Positions 46,674-56,937 of a DNA stretch of 64,000 nucleotides are shown one piece after another. The stretch covers positions 159,293-223,292 of the forward strand of contig JBBQUR010000009.1 in assembly GCA_038212275.1 (NCBI GenBank), read 5' to 3'. Below the pieces are notes generated by a model. It was not told where the DNA came from, did not search any database, and worked only from the letters and a program-made list of their open reading frames with translations. The stretch is from Planctomycetota bacterium. Lineage in GTDB: Bacteria > Planctomycetota > B15-G4. The stretch's first letter is position 1, and every line of letters begins with the position of its first letter. The translations under genes were made by a program, and so were the position numbers.

Positions 46674-48050
46674 TCACGCGGAGCGGGCCAGCAACGCCCG
46701 CCACGGCCGGTAGACCAGCGCGCCGGCGGCGAGCACGCCCAGCCCGAGCAGCGTCGTGTCCGCGTCGGCCTGCAGCAGCGTCCCGACGACGACGGCACTG
46801 GCCATGAGCGTGTACAGCACGGGAAACAGCGGATACGCCGGGCTGCGGAACGGCCGCGACAGCTCGGGCCGCCGTCGACGCAGCAGCAGCAGCGCGGCGC
46901 CGCACTGCGCGTGAAAGATCCATTCCGCGAAGACGACCGCATCCATGACCAGTCCGGCGCGGCCCCACAGGAGGTAGAGCAGCGCGACGACGCCCTGCAC
47001 GAGCAGCGCAGCGACCGGCGCGCCTGTGCGCGGCGACAGCCTGCCGAAGCGCTTGAAGAACAGTCCGTCGTCGGCCATCGCCACATAGAGGAAGGGCGAG
47101 GCCAGCACGATGGCGGCGCACATGCCCAGCGCCGAAAGCGCCACGGCCGCAATGAGCAGCCTGCCGCCCGCGCTGCCGAGGCAGGCGCGCGCGAGCCGCG
47201 CGGCGATGTCGGGCTCCGTCGCCATCGACGACAGCCCGAGCACCTTGACGAAGGCGAGATTCATCGCGAGGTACACCGCGACGACGCCGAGCATGCCGAG
47301 GACGATGGCGCGCGGAAGCGTGCGCTGCGGATCGCGCACCGACGGCGCGATGTACGTCAGCAACTGCCAGCCGCCGTAGCTGAAGAGCACCGGCAGCATG
47401 GCGAGCACGAGCCCCTCGCCCAGCGGCGGCGCGGCCGGCGGCGCCAGTGCTGCCGCCGACGTGCCCGTGACCACGGCGCTCACCGCGGAGAGACCCGCTG
47501 CGCTCGCGCCGGCGCCTGCTTCCGTGAAGAGCAGAGCCGCGCCGACGAGCGCGGCGATCGCCCCGAGCTTCAGCAGCATGACCGCGTTCTGCAGCAGCGC
47601 GCCGCTCTTCAGGCCCGTCAGCGAAATGGCCGTGAGCCCGATGAGCAGCGCGGCCCCGATGGCGAGCACGGCGCCCGGCGGTGCGCCGTCCAGCCCCCAG
47701 ATCAGCACCGCCAACTGCTTCGCGCAGAAGTCCGCCACGACGGCCGCCGCGCCCGTGGACACGACGAGCAGCACGATCCACGCGAAGAGAAAGGCGGGGA
47801 GGCGCCCGAAGGCCTCCCGCAGGTAGACGTACCAGCCACCGGCAAGCGGGAAGGTCGCGGCCAGCTCCGCGAAGGTCATCGCGCCGGCCAGCGCGATGAG
47901 CCCGCCGAGCAGCCACACGCCGAAGTACGCCCCGGGCGTCGGCAGGAGCTTCGCGACGCTGGCGGGCGTGAAGAAGATGCCGATGCCGACGACGCCGCCC
48001 ATCACGAGCATCGTGGCGTCGAAGAGCGTCAGTCGCCGCGCGCTCGGCAT
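46674..48050 (-). CDS. APC family amino acid permease
   Basis: VVGIGIFFTP, FAELAATFPLAGGWYVYL, FSYGGWQ, RPFRSPAYP; about 12 TM. Confidence 0.92.
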   Translation of the reverse strand: MPSARRLTLFDATMLVMGGVVGIGIFFTPASVAKLLPTPGAYFGVWLLGGLIALAGAMTFAELAATFPLAGGWYVYLREAFGRLPAFLFAWIVLLVVSTGAAAVVADFCAKQLAVLIWGLDGAPPGAVLAIGAALLIGLTAISLTGLKSGALLQNAVMLLKLGAIAALVGAALLFTEAGAGASAAGLSAVSAVVTGTSAAALAPPAAPPLGEGLVLAMLPVLFSYGGWQLLTYIAPSVRDPQRTLPRAIVLGMLGVVAVYLAMNLAFVKVLGLSSMATEPDIAARLARACLGSAGGRLLIAAVALSALGMCAAIVLASPFLYVAMADDGLFFKRFGRLSPRTGAPVAALLVQGVVALLYLLWGRAGLVMDAVVFAEWIFHAQCGAALLLLRRRRPELSRPFRSPAYPLFPVLYTLMASAVVVGTLLQADADTTLLGLGVLAAGALVYRPWRALLARSA

Positions 48051-48174
48051 GGCCGGACACGCTAGCATGCGCCGCCCGCGGGCCAGCGCACCGCGGACCA
48101 GCGCACGGCGCACCTCGGACCAGCGCACCTCGCACCTCGCACCAAGCGCCGACGGCACCCTCAGCGAAACCGCC

Positions 48175-50172
48175 ATGACACTTCTCACCGTCACCGACAT
48201 CCACAAGAGCCACCGCGGCCGGCACCTGCTGCGCGGCGTGTCGCTCGTGATCCAGGACGGCGAGCGCCTCGGGCTGCTCGGGCCCAACGGCAGCGGCAAG
48301 TCCACGCTGCTGCGCATCCTGGCGGGCACCGAGGAGGCCGACTCCGGCGAGCGCGTGCTGCGCCGCGACTTGCGTCTCGGCTACCTCGAACAGGAGCCGA
48401 AGCTGCCGGCCGACGCGCGCGTACGCGATGTCGTGCGTTCCGGACTGCCGGGGCGCGAGGCGGTTCTCGCGGACCTCGCCGCGGTGCACGCAGCCCACGA
48501 ACTGGCGGCTGCCGCGCACGAAGCCGCGGTGCGCGGACGACCAGGCGTCGCGTCCGCAGGCAGCGCCGCCGTCGATGTCGAGGGCGAGCGCGCCTTGCGC
48601 GCCTTGCTCGCCCGTCAATCCGCGCTGGAGGACAAGCTCGAGCTGCTCGGCGGCCACGACGTCGAGCACCGCGTCGAGGAGTTGCTGGAGCACCTCGGAC
48701 TGCCCGACGCGGAGGCCCTCTGCGGCACGCTCTCGGGCGGCGAGGCGCGCCGCGCTGCACTGGCGCGGCTGCTGCTCGGCGACCCGGAGCTCATGTTGCT
48801 GGACGAGCCGACCAATCACCTCGATGCCGAAGTCATCACCTGGCTCGAGGGGCACCTGCTCGCGCGCCGCACGCCGCTTCTCATGGTCACGCACGACCGC
48901 TACGTGCTGGACCGCGTCGCGGACCGCATCATCGAGCTGGACCGCGGCACGCTCGTCTCCTACGTCGGCGGCTACGGCGACTACCTGCTGGCGCGCGCCG
49001 AGGCCGACGCCCGCGAGCAGCACGCCGAAGGCTCGCGCCAGAATCTGCTGCGCCGCGAGACGGCGTGGATGCGTCGCGGCCCGCCCGCGCGCACGACCAA
49101 GGCCAAGGCGCGCATCGACCGCTACGAGGCGCTGGCCGCCTCCGCCCCCGAGCGCCGCGGCGACACGCTGGAGTTCCGCGTGCCGGAGGGCCCGCGCCTC
49201 GGCGTGCGCGTCATCCGGCTGCAAGGCGCGCGCAAGAGCCGCGGCGACAAGCTCGTGATTCCAGGCATCGACGTGGAGCTCGCGCCCGGCGAGCGCCTCG
49301 GCATCGTGGGACCGAACGGCGCCGGCAAGACGACGCTCATCCAGTTGTGCACCGGCGCGCTGGCGCCCGACGCCGGCAGCGTCTCCATCGGCGACAGCGT
49401 GGTCTTCGCCGGCATCGACCAGCAACGCACGGCGCTGAACCCCGACAACAGCGTGCTGAAGGAGATCGCCGGCCCGAACCAGTTCGTGAAACTCGGGGAC
49501 CGCGCCGTGCGCATCGAGAGCTTCCTCGAGCAGTTCCTGTTTCCTGGCGAGGCCAAGCATGCGCTCATCGGCACGCTGTCGGGCGGCGAGCGCAACCGCG
49601 TGCTGCTGGGCAAGCTGCTGTGCGCGGGCGGCAACGTGCTCGTGCTGGACGAACCGACCAACGACCTGGACCTGATGACCCTGCGTGCGCTCGAGGAGGC
49701 GCTCTGCGCCTTCGAGGGCTGCGTGCTGGTGGTGAGCCACGATCGCTGGTTCCTCGATCGCGTGGCGACGCGCATCGTGCACCTCGACGGCAAGGGCGGC
49801 GTGCGCATCCACTCCGGCGACCTGTCCGGCATGCTGTCGGCCACCGCGACCGAGCGGCCCGCGGCGCGCGCTGCGGCCACTGCCGCGCGTGAGTCGGCCG
49901 CCGCCGGCCCGACCGGCGCGGCGCCGCCGGTCATCGCTCCGGGCAAGCCCAGGCGGCTGAGCCCGTGGGAGCTCAAGGAGTGCGACGCGTTGCCCGCGCG
50001 CATCGAGAGCGCCGAGGCGGAGCTGTCGGCGCTCGACGCGCGGCTCGCCGATCCGGCGCTCTGGCGCGGCCCCGCGGCCGAGCGCGAGCGTCTCACCGCA
50101 CAGCATGCGAGCGTCGCCGCGAACGTCGCCCGGCTCACGGTGCGCTGGGAGGAACTGGAAGGCAGGCGCTGA
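48175..50172 (+). CDS. uup: ABC-F family ATPase (Uup-like)
   Basis: Two ABC domains (GPNGSGKST, GPNGAGKTT; LSGGE; DEPTN), linker WMRRGPPARTTKAKAR, C-terminal coiled coil ending RWEELE. Confidence 0.9.
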   Translation: MTLLTVTDIHKSHRGRHLLRGVSLVIQDGERLGLLGPNGSGKSTLLRILAGTEEADSGERVLRRDLRLGYLEQEPKLPADARVRDVVRSGLPGREAVLADLAAVHAAHELAAAAHEAAVRGRPGVASAGSAAVDVEGERALRALLARQSALEDKLELLGGHDVEHRVEELLEHLGLPDAEALCGTLSGGEARRAALARLLLGDPELMLLDEPTNHLDAEVITWLEGHLLARRTPLLMVTHDRYVLDRVADRIIELDRGTLVSYVGGYGDYLLARAEADAREQHAEGSRQNLLRRETAWMRRGPPARTTKAKARIDRYEALAASAPERRGDTLEFRVPEGPRLGVRVIRLQGARKSRGDKLVIPGIDVELAPGERLGIVGPNGAGKTTLIQLCTGALAPDAGSVSIGDSVVFAGIDQQRTALNPDNSVLKEIAGPNQFVKLGDRAVRIESFLEQFLFPGEAKHALIGTLSGGERNRVLLGKLLCAGGNVLVLDEPTNDLDLMTLRALEEALCAFEGCVLVVSHDRWFLDRVATRIVHLDGKGGVRIHSGDLSGMLSATATERPAARAAATAARESAAAGPTGAAPPVIAPGKPRRLSPWELKECDALPARIESAEAELSALDARLADPALWRGPAAERERLTAQHASVAANVARLTVRWEELEGRR

Positions 50173-50240
50173 GTCCGCCGAGTCTGCCGAGCCCCCGGGC
50201 AGGCTGCGAGCGACCATCCGAGGTCGGCTGCGTCAGGCCA

Positions 50241-50271
50241 TGTGATGTTGAGGCACTGCCTCTACATCACA
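50241..50271. other. Near-perfect 31-bp palindrome between convergent genes
   Basis: tgtgatgttgaggca-c-tgcctctacatcaca (1 mismatch). Confidence 0.7.
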
Positions 50272-50365
50272 CGACCCCGGCGCACTGACCTGCGGAACCG
50301 TGCTGCGGCCCGGTCTGCCATGCCGGCGCAACCTGCCATGCCGGCCACGGCCAGTCATGACGGCC

Positions 50366-52651
50366 TCAAGCGTCGATCGTGAGCGGCACCGAAAGCGTCT
50401 TGCCGGCGACGAGCTGCACGGTCGTCGTGCTCAGCACCTGCTCGGCGGCGGCGCCGCCAGCGCTCGCGGGGCGGATCAGCGAGACCCGGTACTCGCCCGG
50501 AGCCAGCGCGCGGGTGCAGGTCCAGCGGCCCTCGGCGTCCACGCCGATGGAAGACGCGGTGTCGGAGCCGAAGGATGATCCGACGGGAACGCTCACGGGC
50601 TTGCCGGACGGCGCCACGATGCGCACGCGCAGGCCGGGCGCCGCCGTGCCTCCCGAGGCGCTGCGCACCGTGCCCGCCAGGTAGCCACCGCGCTGCATCT
50701 GGAACACGAGCGGCGCCGTCGCGCGGAGGGCATCCAGCTCCACGCGCTGCGCCGGACTGTCCACCCAGCCGCCCGCCGAGGCCATGGCTGACCACGCGCC
50801 GTCGAAGAGGCCCGTGACGCGGAAGGAGCCCACCGCGTCCGTGACCGCGCTGCGCGGCGCACGTTGCGCGGCGGCGCCGGAATCGGGCGGCACGAGCAAC
50901 ACCCTCGCGCCGGCGATCGGCTGGCCGGAGGTTTCGATGACGCGGCCTCGAACCTCGAGTTCCCTGTCCAGCGCCAGCGTCTGCGCGTACCGATCCGGTG
51001 GCGCCACGCCGGGGAGCACGACATGCGCGGTGGCGTGTCCCGCCGCCCTCACGGTGACCGAAGTGCCCTCGGCGCCGGGGCGCTCCACGACGATCAGCCC
51101 CGCGCCGTCGCCGTCGCGAGTGTTGCCGGCGCTGCCGGCGCTGCCGGAGTTGCCCGAGTTGGCGGAGTTGGCGGCTGCTTTCGCGGCGGCGGGTCCGGTC
51201 AGCACGGGGAGGTAGGGGCCGAGGTTCAGGGTGGTCCCGTCGGTGGCGGGGCGGCAGCGTTGCGCGGTCGCGTGCGCGTCCGACAGGGGCAGGCCGGTGT
51301 CGCGATCGACGATGCTGAGCACCACCAGCGCCTCCCGTTCGAGCACGATCTGCAGGTCCGTGGTGCCGGCGAGGACGCCGTCGGCGCATACGGGCTCGTA
51401 GCCTGGCGCATCCGCGAACACCGCGTAGCTCGGATGGTTGAGCGTGCCCGCGTGGAAGCGGCCGCGCTCGTCGGTCTGCGTCCGGACATCGTGCGAGCCG
51501 CGCACGAAGCTGCGGATGAGAAGGTTGCTGAGCACGGGGTCGTCGTCCGGCGCGCAGCCGGTCAGCTCGGCCACGCGCAGCAGCACGGCGGCGCCTGCCA
51601 GCGGCCGGCCGTCGCGATCGGTGACCGCACCCGAGATCGCATCGCCGCGCTGGAGCAGCAGATCGCCAAGGTCGGTGGTGCGTCCGGACATGAAGATCGC
51701 GGCCAGCGTCACCGGCACGAAGTCCCGGTGCAGGCATTCGAGTTCCGCGGCGCCGGCCGGGAAGCCGTCGATGCGCACGCGCCCTTCGGCGTCCGAGGTG
51801 CCGAGGAGCGCGCGGCGTTCCAGCGCGCGGCGCCCGGCCACTGGATCGAAGGGACGGCTCTCCGCGAGCGGCAGCTGGAGGACGGCGCCTTCGACGGGGG
51901 CGCCGTTCTCGTCGAGCACGCGCAACCGGGCGTCGCTGCCCGGGCTCATCACGAGGGTGCCGGCGTCGAAGCGCGATGCGCGGCGATCTGTCGGCTGGCA
52001 CGGCAGCACGGCGATCGCAAGGCCGGCCCGGCGCACCAGAAGCAGCGACTCCACGCTGGTCGTGCCGGAGGCCTCGGTTGTCGTCGTGCCGGCGGCGTCG
52101 GTCGTCGTCGCGGCGCTGGCATCGGTCTTCGTCGCGTCGCCGGTGAGGGCGGGCTCGCGCACGGCGAGGAGCTTGAAGCTTCCGTCACTCTCCGTAAGGG
52201 TGCGCGCGCCGTCGTCGAGAGCGAGGGGGAGCGCCGGGGCTTCGAGCGAGGTCAGCGACGGCGGACTCGCCGCGCGGGCCACGACGACGCGCACCTCGGC
52301 CCCGGCGACGGGCCTCGCGTTCTCGTCCACCACGCGGCCCGAAACCTCGAGCGTGCTGCGCGCGGACGGGTCGAGCGGGTCATCGGCGGCCGACTGTCGG
52401 TCCGGCCCGCCGGCAGGGTCAGCCTCCAGGGGCGTGCCCGGACGCGACTCACGCAGGCCCGCCGGGGTCTTGCCAGGGTCGCTGCCAGGCGAGGGCGTCG
52501 CTCGCACCAGCGCCGACTCCGCGCCGCCCCCCGGCTCCGGCGGGACGAGGGGCGCGCCTCGTCCCAGAAGCCACCATCCGAGGCCCGCGACGAGCACGAA
52601 TCCGACGGCGACCGCCATCCGAGCAGCACGTGGGCCGGTTGATGCAGGCAT
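50366..52651 (-). CDS. Membrane-anchored protein with carboxypeptidase-regulatory-like repeats
   Basis: N-terminal TM; repeated SGRVVDENARPVAGA / TDxxGxF units. Confidence 0.8.
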   Translation of the reverse strand: MPASTGPRAARMAVAVGFVLVAGLGWWLLGRGAPLVPPEPGGGAESALVRATPSPGSDPGKTPAGLRESRPGTPLEADPAGGPDRQSAADDPLDPSARSTLEVSGRVVDENARPVAGAEVRVVVARAASPPSLTSLEAPALPLALDDGARTLTESDGSFKLLAVREPALTGDATKTDASAATTTDAAGTTTTEASGTTSVESLLLVRRAGLAIAVLPCQPTDRRASRFDAGTLVMSPGSDARLRVLDENGAPVEGAVLQLPLAESRPFDPVAGRRALERRALLGTSDAEGRVRIDGFPAGAAELECLHRDFVPVTLAAIFMSGRTTDLGDLLLQRGDAISGAVTDRDGRPLAGAAVLLRVAELTGCAPDDDPVLSNLLIRSFVRGSHDVRTQTDERGRFHAGTLNHPSYAVFADAPGYEPVCADGVLAGTTDLQIVLEREALVVLSIVDRDTGLPLSDAHATAQRCRPATDGTTLNLGPYLPVLTGPAAAKAAANSANSGNSGSAGSAGNTRDGDGAGLIVVERPGAEGTSVTVRAAGHATAHVVLPGVAPPDRYAQTLALDRELEVRGRVIETSGQPIAGARVLLVPPDSGAAAQRAPRSAVTDAVGSFRVTGLFDGAWSAMASAGGWVDSPAQRVELDALRATAPLVFQMQRGGYLAGTVRSASGGTAAPGLRVRIVAPSGKPVSVPVGSSFGSDTASSIGVDAEGRWTCTRALAPGEYRVSLIRPASAGGAAAEQVLSTTTVQLVAGKTLSVPLTIDA

Positions 52652-52942
52652 GTTCCGGGGAATCGTCGTGAAGTCCGGGGGGCTGGACGGGTGCGGAGCC
52701 GGGGCACAACCCTACCCGGAAGCTCGTGCGCGAGTAGTCTTCCGAGGGCGACCGGCCCGCCTGCGCCCCCATTCATTTCATCTCGGATGGGTTTGTCATG
52801 TTGTCAGTGACTGCTTTCGGGCGTAGCCTTCCCCGCGTCATCGGGTGCGGGCGATTCTCTCGGGCAGGCATTGCAGCAATTCTCATGCGCTTCGCGAGGC
52901 TCGCCCACCTCGTTGCAGTGCACCACACAAAGGATCATCAAC

Positions 52943-54613
52943 ATGATTTCAAGGATGCACGGGAACCATGGCCGCTGGCACGCCGTCAGCTGTGGTCTCG
53001 CAACGCTGGTGCTTTTTGCCGCGACGGGAGACGTCCGTGCACAACAGTCAGCGCCCTCGGTCGCGAGGCCGGTGAGCAAGCCGATCATCAATGCCCTCGG
53101 ATTGAACCTCGCCTACCGTTCGATCGACGGCAGCGGGAACAACAGCGCCCATCCCTCGTGGGGTGCTGCGAACACGGAGCTGCTGCGCGACACGCCGCCC
53201 GGCTACGAGGACGGCGTCTCGTCGATGGCGGGGCAGTCGCGCCCCGGCGCGCGCGAGATCAGCAACGGCGTCGTCGACCAGTCCGCGATCGGCACGACCA
53301 CCAACTCGGTGAATGCCAGCGACTGGGTCTGGCAGTGGGGCCAGTTCATCGATCACGACCTCGACCTGACGCCCGGCGCCACGCCCGACGAGCCGGCCAA
53401 CATCGCGATCCCGCTGGGAGATCCGTCCTTCGACCCGCTCAGCACCGGCACGCAGGTGATGTCCTTCTCCCGCTCGGTCTACAGCAATCCCGCGTCGCAG
53501 CCCTGGCGCGAGCAGGCCAACATCATCACCGCATACATCGACGGTTCCAACGTCTACGGATCCGATCCGGTGCGCGCTGCGTATCTGCGCACGCCCAACG
53601 GCGGCTTCCTCAAGACCAGCGCCGGCAACCTGATGCCCTTCAACAACGCGGACTTCCCCAACGCGATGGCGGGCTCGCAGTTCTTCCTCGCCGGCGACGT
53701 GCGCTCGAACGAGCAGAACGGCCTCACCGCCGTGCACACGCTCTTCGTGCGCGAGCACAACCGGCTCGTCACCCTGCTCTCCCCGCTGCAGGTGACGGAT
53801 GAGGAGAAGTACCAGATCGCGCGCATCATCGTGTCCGGCGAAATCGAGGCCATCACCTACAACGAATTCCTCCCGGTTCTGCTGGGTCCCGACGCGCTGC
53901 CGCCCTACACGGGCTACGACGAGAACGTGAACGCGGGCATCGAGAACTCGTTCTCGACCGGCGTCTACCGCGTCGGTCACACGATGCTCTCGCCGACGCT
54001 GTTGCGGCTGGACAAGTTCCTGCAGCCGATCGCGAACGGCAACCTGCCGCTCAAGAGCGCCTTCTTCAACCCGCAGGAGATCATCGACAACGGCATCGAG
54101 CCGCTGCTGCGCGGTCTCGCCAGGCAGCGGGCACAGGAAGTCGATGTCTTCGTCGTCGAGGACGTGCGCAACTTCCTCTTCGGCCCGCCCGGATCGGGAG
54201 GCATGGACCTCGCCTCGCTGAACATCCAGCGCGGGCGCGATCACGCGCTGGGCAGCTACAACGACACGCGCCTCGCGCACGGGCTCGCCGCCAGGACCTC
54301 CTTCGCGGAGATCAGCAGCAACCCGGAGATCGTGGCGCGCCTGAGCAACACCTACTCGTCCGTGGACGACATCGACCTCTGGGTCGGTGCGCTTGCCGAG
54401 GATCACGTCAACGGCGGCATGGTGGGCGAGCTGGTCTTCACGGTGCTGCGTGAGCAGTTCACCGCCCTGCGCGACGGCGACCGTTTCTTCTACAAGCTGG
54501 CGATGCCGTCGCTGCTCGTGTCCTACGTGGACAGCCTCAAGCTGTCCGCGGTCATCCGCCTGAACACGCCCATCAGGAGCGAGGTCCAGAGCAACGTGTT
54601 CATCGTTCCCTGA
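52943..54613 (+). CDS. Secreted animal-type heme peroxidase (peroxidase-cyclooxygenase superfamily)
   Basis: AAGGA RBS; YRSIDGSGNN, WGQFIDHD, IDGSNVYG, AGDVRSNEQ, YRVGH, NIQRGRDH, RDGDRFFY. Confidence 0.93.
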   Translation: MISRMHGNHGRWHAVSCGLATLVLFAATGDVRAQQSAPSVARPVSKPIINALGLNLAYRSIDGSGNNSAHPSWGAANTELLRDTPPGYEDGVSSMAGQSRPGAREISNGVVDQSAIGTTTNSVNASDWVWQWGQFIDHDLDLTPGATPDEPANIAIPLGDPSFDPLSTGTQVMSFSRSVYSNPASQPWREQANIITAYIDGSNVYGSDPVRAAYLRTPNGGFLKTSAGNLMPFNNADFPNAMAGSQFFLAGDVRSNEQNGLTAVHTLFVREHNRLVTLLSPLQVTDEEKYQIARIIVSGEIEAITYNEFLPVLLGPDALPPYTGYDENVNAGIENSFSTGVYRVGHTMLSPTLLRLDKFLQPIANGNLPLKSAFFNPQEIIDNGIEPLLRGLARQRAQEVDVFVVEDVRNFLFGPPGSGGMDLASLNIQRGRDHALGSYNDTRLAHGLAARTSFAEISSNPEIVARLSNTYSSVDDIDLWVGALAEDHVNGGMVGELVFTVLREQFTALRDGDRFFYKLAMPSLLVSYVDSLKLSAVIRLNTPIRSEVQSNVFIVP

Positions 54614-54634
54614 CCCGGACGATCCTGCTCATCG

Positions 54635-54671
54635 AGCCGGCCGCGGGAGTCTCCCGCGGCCGGCTTTTTTT
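54635..54671 (+). terminator. Rho-independent terminator
   Basis: agccggccgcggga-gtc-tcccgcggccggct followed by a T-run. Confidence 0.9.
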
Positions 54672-54714
54672 CGTGCAGCGCGTGCCGGGTTCTGCCGCCG
54701 CCGGCGAAGGTAGG

Positions 54715-56937
54715 ATGTCGCGCTCTCTGCCAAGAGAAGCTCCGTCCCACCCGAGAGAGCGTCGCATGATCGGTCCTCGTCCGTCCCCGGCACAGCACGC
54801 CCCTGCTTCCCGGTGTCCCGTCGCGAGCGGGCACGATTCCCGGATCGGTCGCCGCCTGCGGGCCGGTCGCGAGGCGCTCGCCCTGCTGGCGCTCGCGGCG
54901 CTTTCCGCCTGCTCCACGCAGGAGTCGTCGTGGTTCCGGCACCCGGAGGCGCGGCAGGACACGACGATCTTCTCCGCGCTCGACCTGCCGACGCCCGGCG
55001 GGATGCGCGGCGCATCGGGCGCCCCAGGCCCGGACTACTGGCAGCAGCAGGCCGACTACGTGATCGACGCGGCGCTTGATCCGCGGACGCGGCTGCTCGT
55101 CGGCACGGAGCACGTGACCTATCGCAACAACTCGCCCGACACGCTCACCTACCTGTGGATGAATCTCGAGCAGAACGCCTTCCGCGCGGACAGCCTCGGC
55201 GTCGCGATCGCGCCTTACACGGCCATCGGAGTCGAGCGCAGCGAGGGCGATGGCTGCACGATCATCGGCCTGCGCAGCGGCGGCGGCGGCGACCTGCCGC
55301 ACGTGGTCTACGACACGCAGCTGCGCGTCGACCTGCCCGTCCCGATCGCGCCCGGCGCAAGCTTCGAGTTCGACGTGGAGTGGCACTTCACCGTGCCCGA
55401 GAACGTCTTCCGCCGCTTCGGCATCGAGACGGTGGAGCAGGGCCGGATTTTCGAGCTCGCGCAGTGGTTCCCGCAGGTCTCGGTCTACGACGACGTGCAC
55501 GGCTGGAACACGCTGCCCTACCTGGGCACCGGCGAGTTCTACAGCAACTTCGGCGACTACGACGTGCGCCTCACCGTTCCCCGCGACCACATCCTGGTGG
55601 CGACGGGTGTGCTGCAGAATCCCGCGGAAGTCTTCACCGCGGAGCAGGTCGCGCGGCTCGAGCGCGCGAAGTCCAGCGCCGAGACGATCGTGATCCGCGG
55701 CGCCGACGAGGTCGGCAAGGCCGAAAGCCGGCCCGCCGGCAGCGGCCCGCTCACGTGGCACTTCAAGGCTCAGCGCGTGCGCACCTTCGCCTTCGCGAGC
55801 TCGGAGGCCTTCATCCTGGACGCGGCCGGCCAGGACGGCGTGCTCATCCAGAGCGTCTATCCGAAGGAGGCGCTGCCGCTCTGGTCCAAGTCCACGCAGA
55901 TGCTGAAGACGGCGATCGCCGGCTACACCAGGCGCTGGTTTCCGTACCCGTACCCCGTGGCCACCAACGTGAACGGCCCCGAGGGCGGCATGGAGTATCC
56001 GATGATCATCTTCTGCGGCGGGCGCCGCGATGAGCGCGGACTCTACGGCGTGACGGCGCACGAGATCGGCCACAACTGGTTTCCGATGACGGTGAACACC
56101 GACGAGCGCCGCCACGCATGGATGGACGAGGGCTTCAACACCTTCATCAACCGCTACTCGACCGCGGACTGGTTCGGCGACGCGATCGACCTGCGCGGCG
56201 ACCGCACGGACCCCGCGAACTTCGGCGCCTCGATGCTCGTGCAGGACAACTTCCCCGTCGACACGCCGGCCGACGCGCTGCCGAGGCGCCTGCTCGGTCA
56301 GCTGCAGTACACCAAGACCGGCGTGGGCCTCACGCTGCTGCGCGAGCAGATCCTCGGGCCCGAGCGCTTCGATGCGGCCTTCCGCGAATACATCCGGCGC
56401 TGGGCCTTCAAGTCGCCGCAGCCCGCGGACTTCTATCGCACGATGGAGGACGCTGCGGGCATGGACCTCGCGTGGTTCTGGCGCGGCTGGTTCCTGGAGA
56501 CCGGCTCCCTGGACCAGGCCGTGCGTGTGGTGGTGCAGTCGCAGCCGGCTCCCACCGGGGCGGAGCTCGCGTCCTTCACCGCCGCGCAGGCGGCCGTGCA
56601 GGCGAACGGCAGGGCGGGCCGGCGGGGGCCGGCGGCGCCGCGCGCCCTTCCCGCGCGCATCTCCATCGACAACCTCGGCGAGCTGGTGATGCCCGCCGTC
56701 GTCGACATCAGCTTCGACGATGGCAGCACGCTGCAGCGGCGCATCCCGGTGCAGGCCTTCGCGAACACGAATCGCTTCGTGCTCGCCGTGCCGACGGACC
56801 GCTGGATCACGCGTGTCGTCATCGACCAGGACGAGAACTTCCCCGACGCGGACCGCAGCAACAACACGTGGATCAACCTGCGCCCGCGGCGCGGCGGACC
56901 CTTCCCCGAAAAGCCCGAAGAAGACGGCGAGCGGTGA
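54715..56937 (+). CDS. M1 family metalloaminopeptidase, probable lipoprotein
   Basis: Lipobox LSAC; PGPDYWQQQADY, GGMEYP, HEIGHNWF...WMDEG; start uncertain. Confidence 0.9.
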   Translation: MSRSLPREAPSHPRERRMIGPRPSPAQHAPASRCPVASGHDSRIGRRLRAGREALALLALAALSACSTQESSWFRHPEARQDTTIFSALDLPTPGGMRGASGAPGPDYWQQQADYVIDAALDPRTRLLVGTEHVTYRNNSPDTLTYLWMNLEQNAFRADSLGVAIAPYTAIGVERSEGDGCTIIGLRSGGGGDLPHVVYDTQLRVDLPVPIAPGASFEFDVEWHFTVPENVFRRFGIETVEQGRIFELAQWFPQVSVYDDVHGWNTLPYLGTGEFYSNFGDYDVRLTVPRDHILVATGVLQNPAEVFTAEQVARLERAKSSAETIVIRGADEVGKAESRPAGSGPLTWHFKAQRVRTFAFASSEAFILDAAGQDGVLIQSVYPKEALPLWSKSTQMLKTAIAGYTRRWFPYPYPVATNVNGPEGGMEYPMIIFCGGRRDERGLYGVTAHEIGHNWFPMTVNTDERRHAWMDEGFNTFINRYSTADWFGDAIDLRGDRTDPANFGASMLVQDNFPVDTPADALPRRLLGQLQYTKTGVGLTLLREQILGPERFDAAFREYIRRWAFKSPQPADFYRTMEDAAGMDLAWFWRGWFLETGSLDQAVRVVVQSQPAPTGAELASFTAAQAAVQANGRAGRRGPAAPRALPARISIDNLGELVMPAVVDISFDDGSTLQRRIPVQAFANTNRFVLAVPTDRWITRVVIDQDENFPDADRSNNTWINLRPRRGGPFPEKPEEDGER

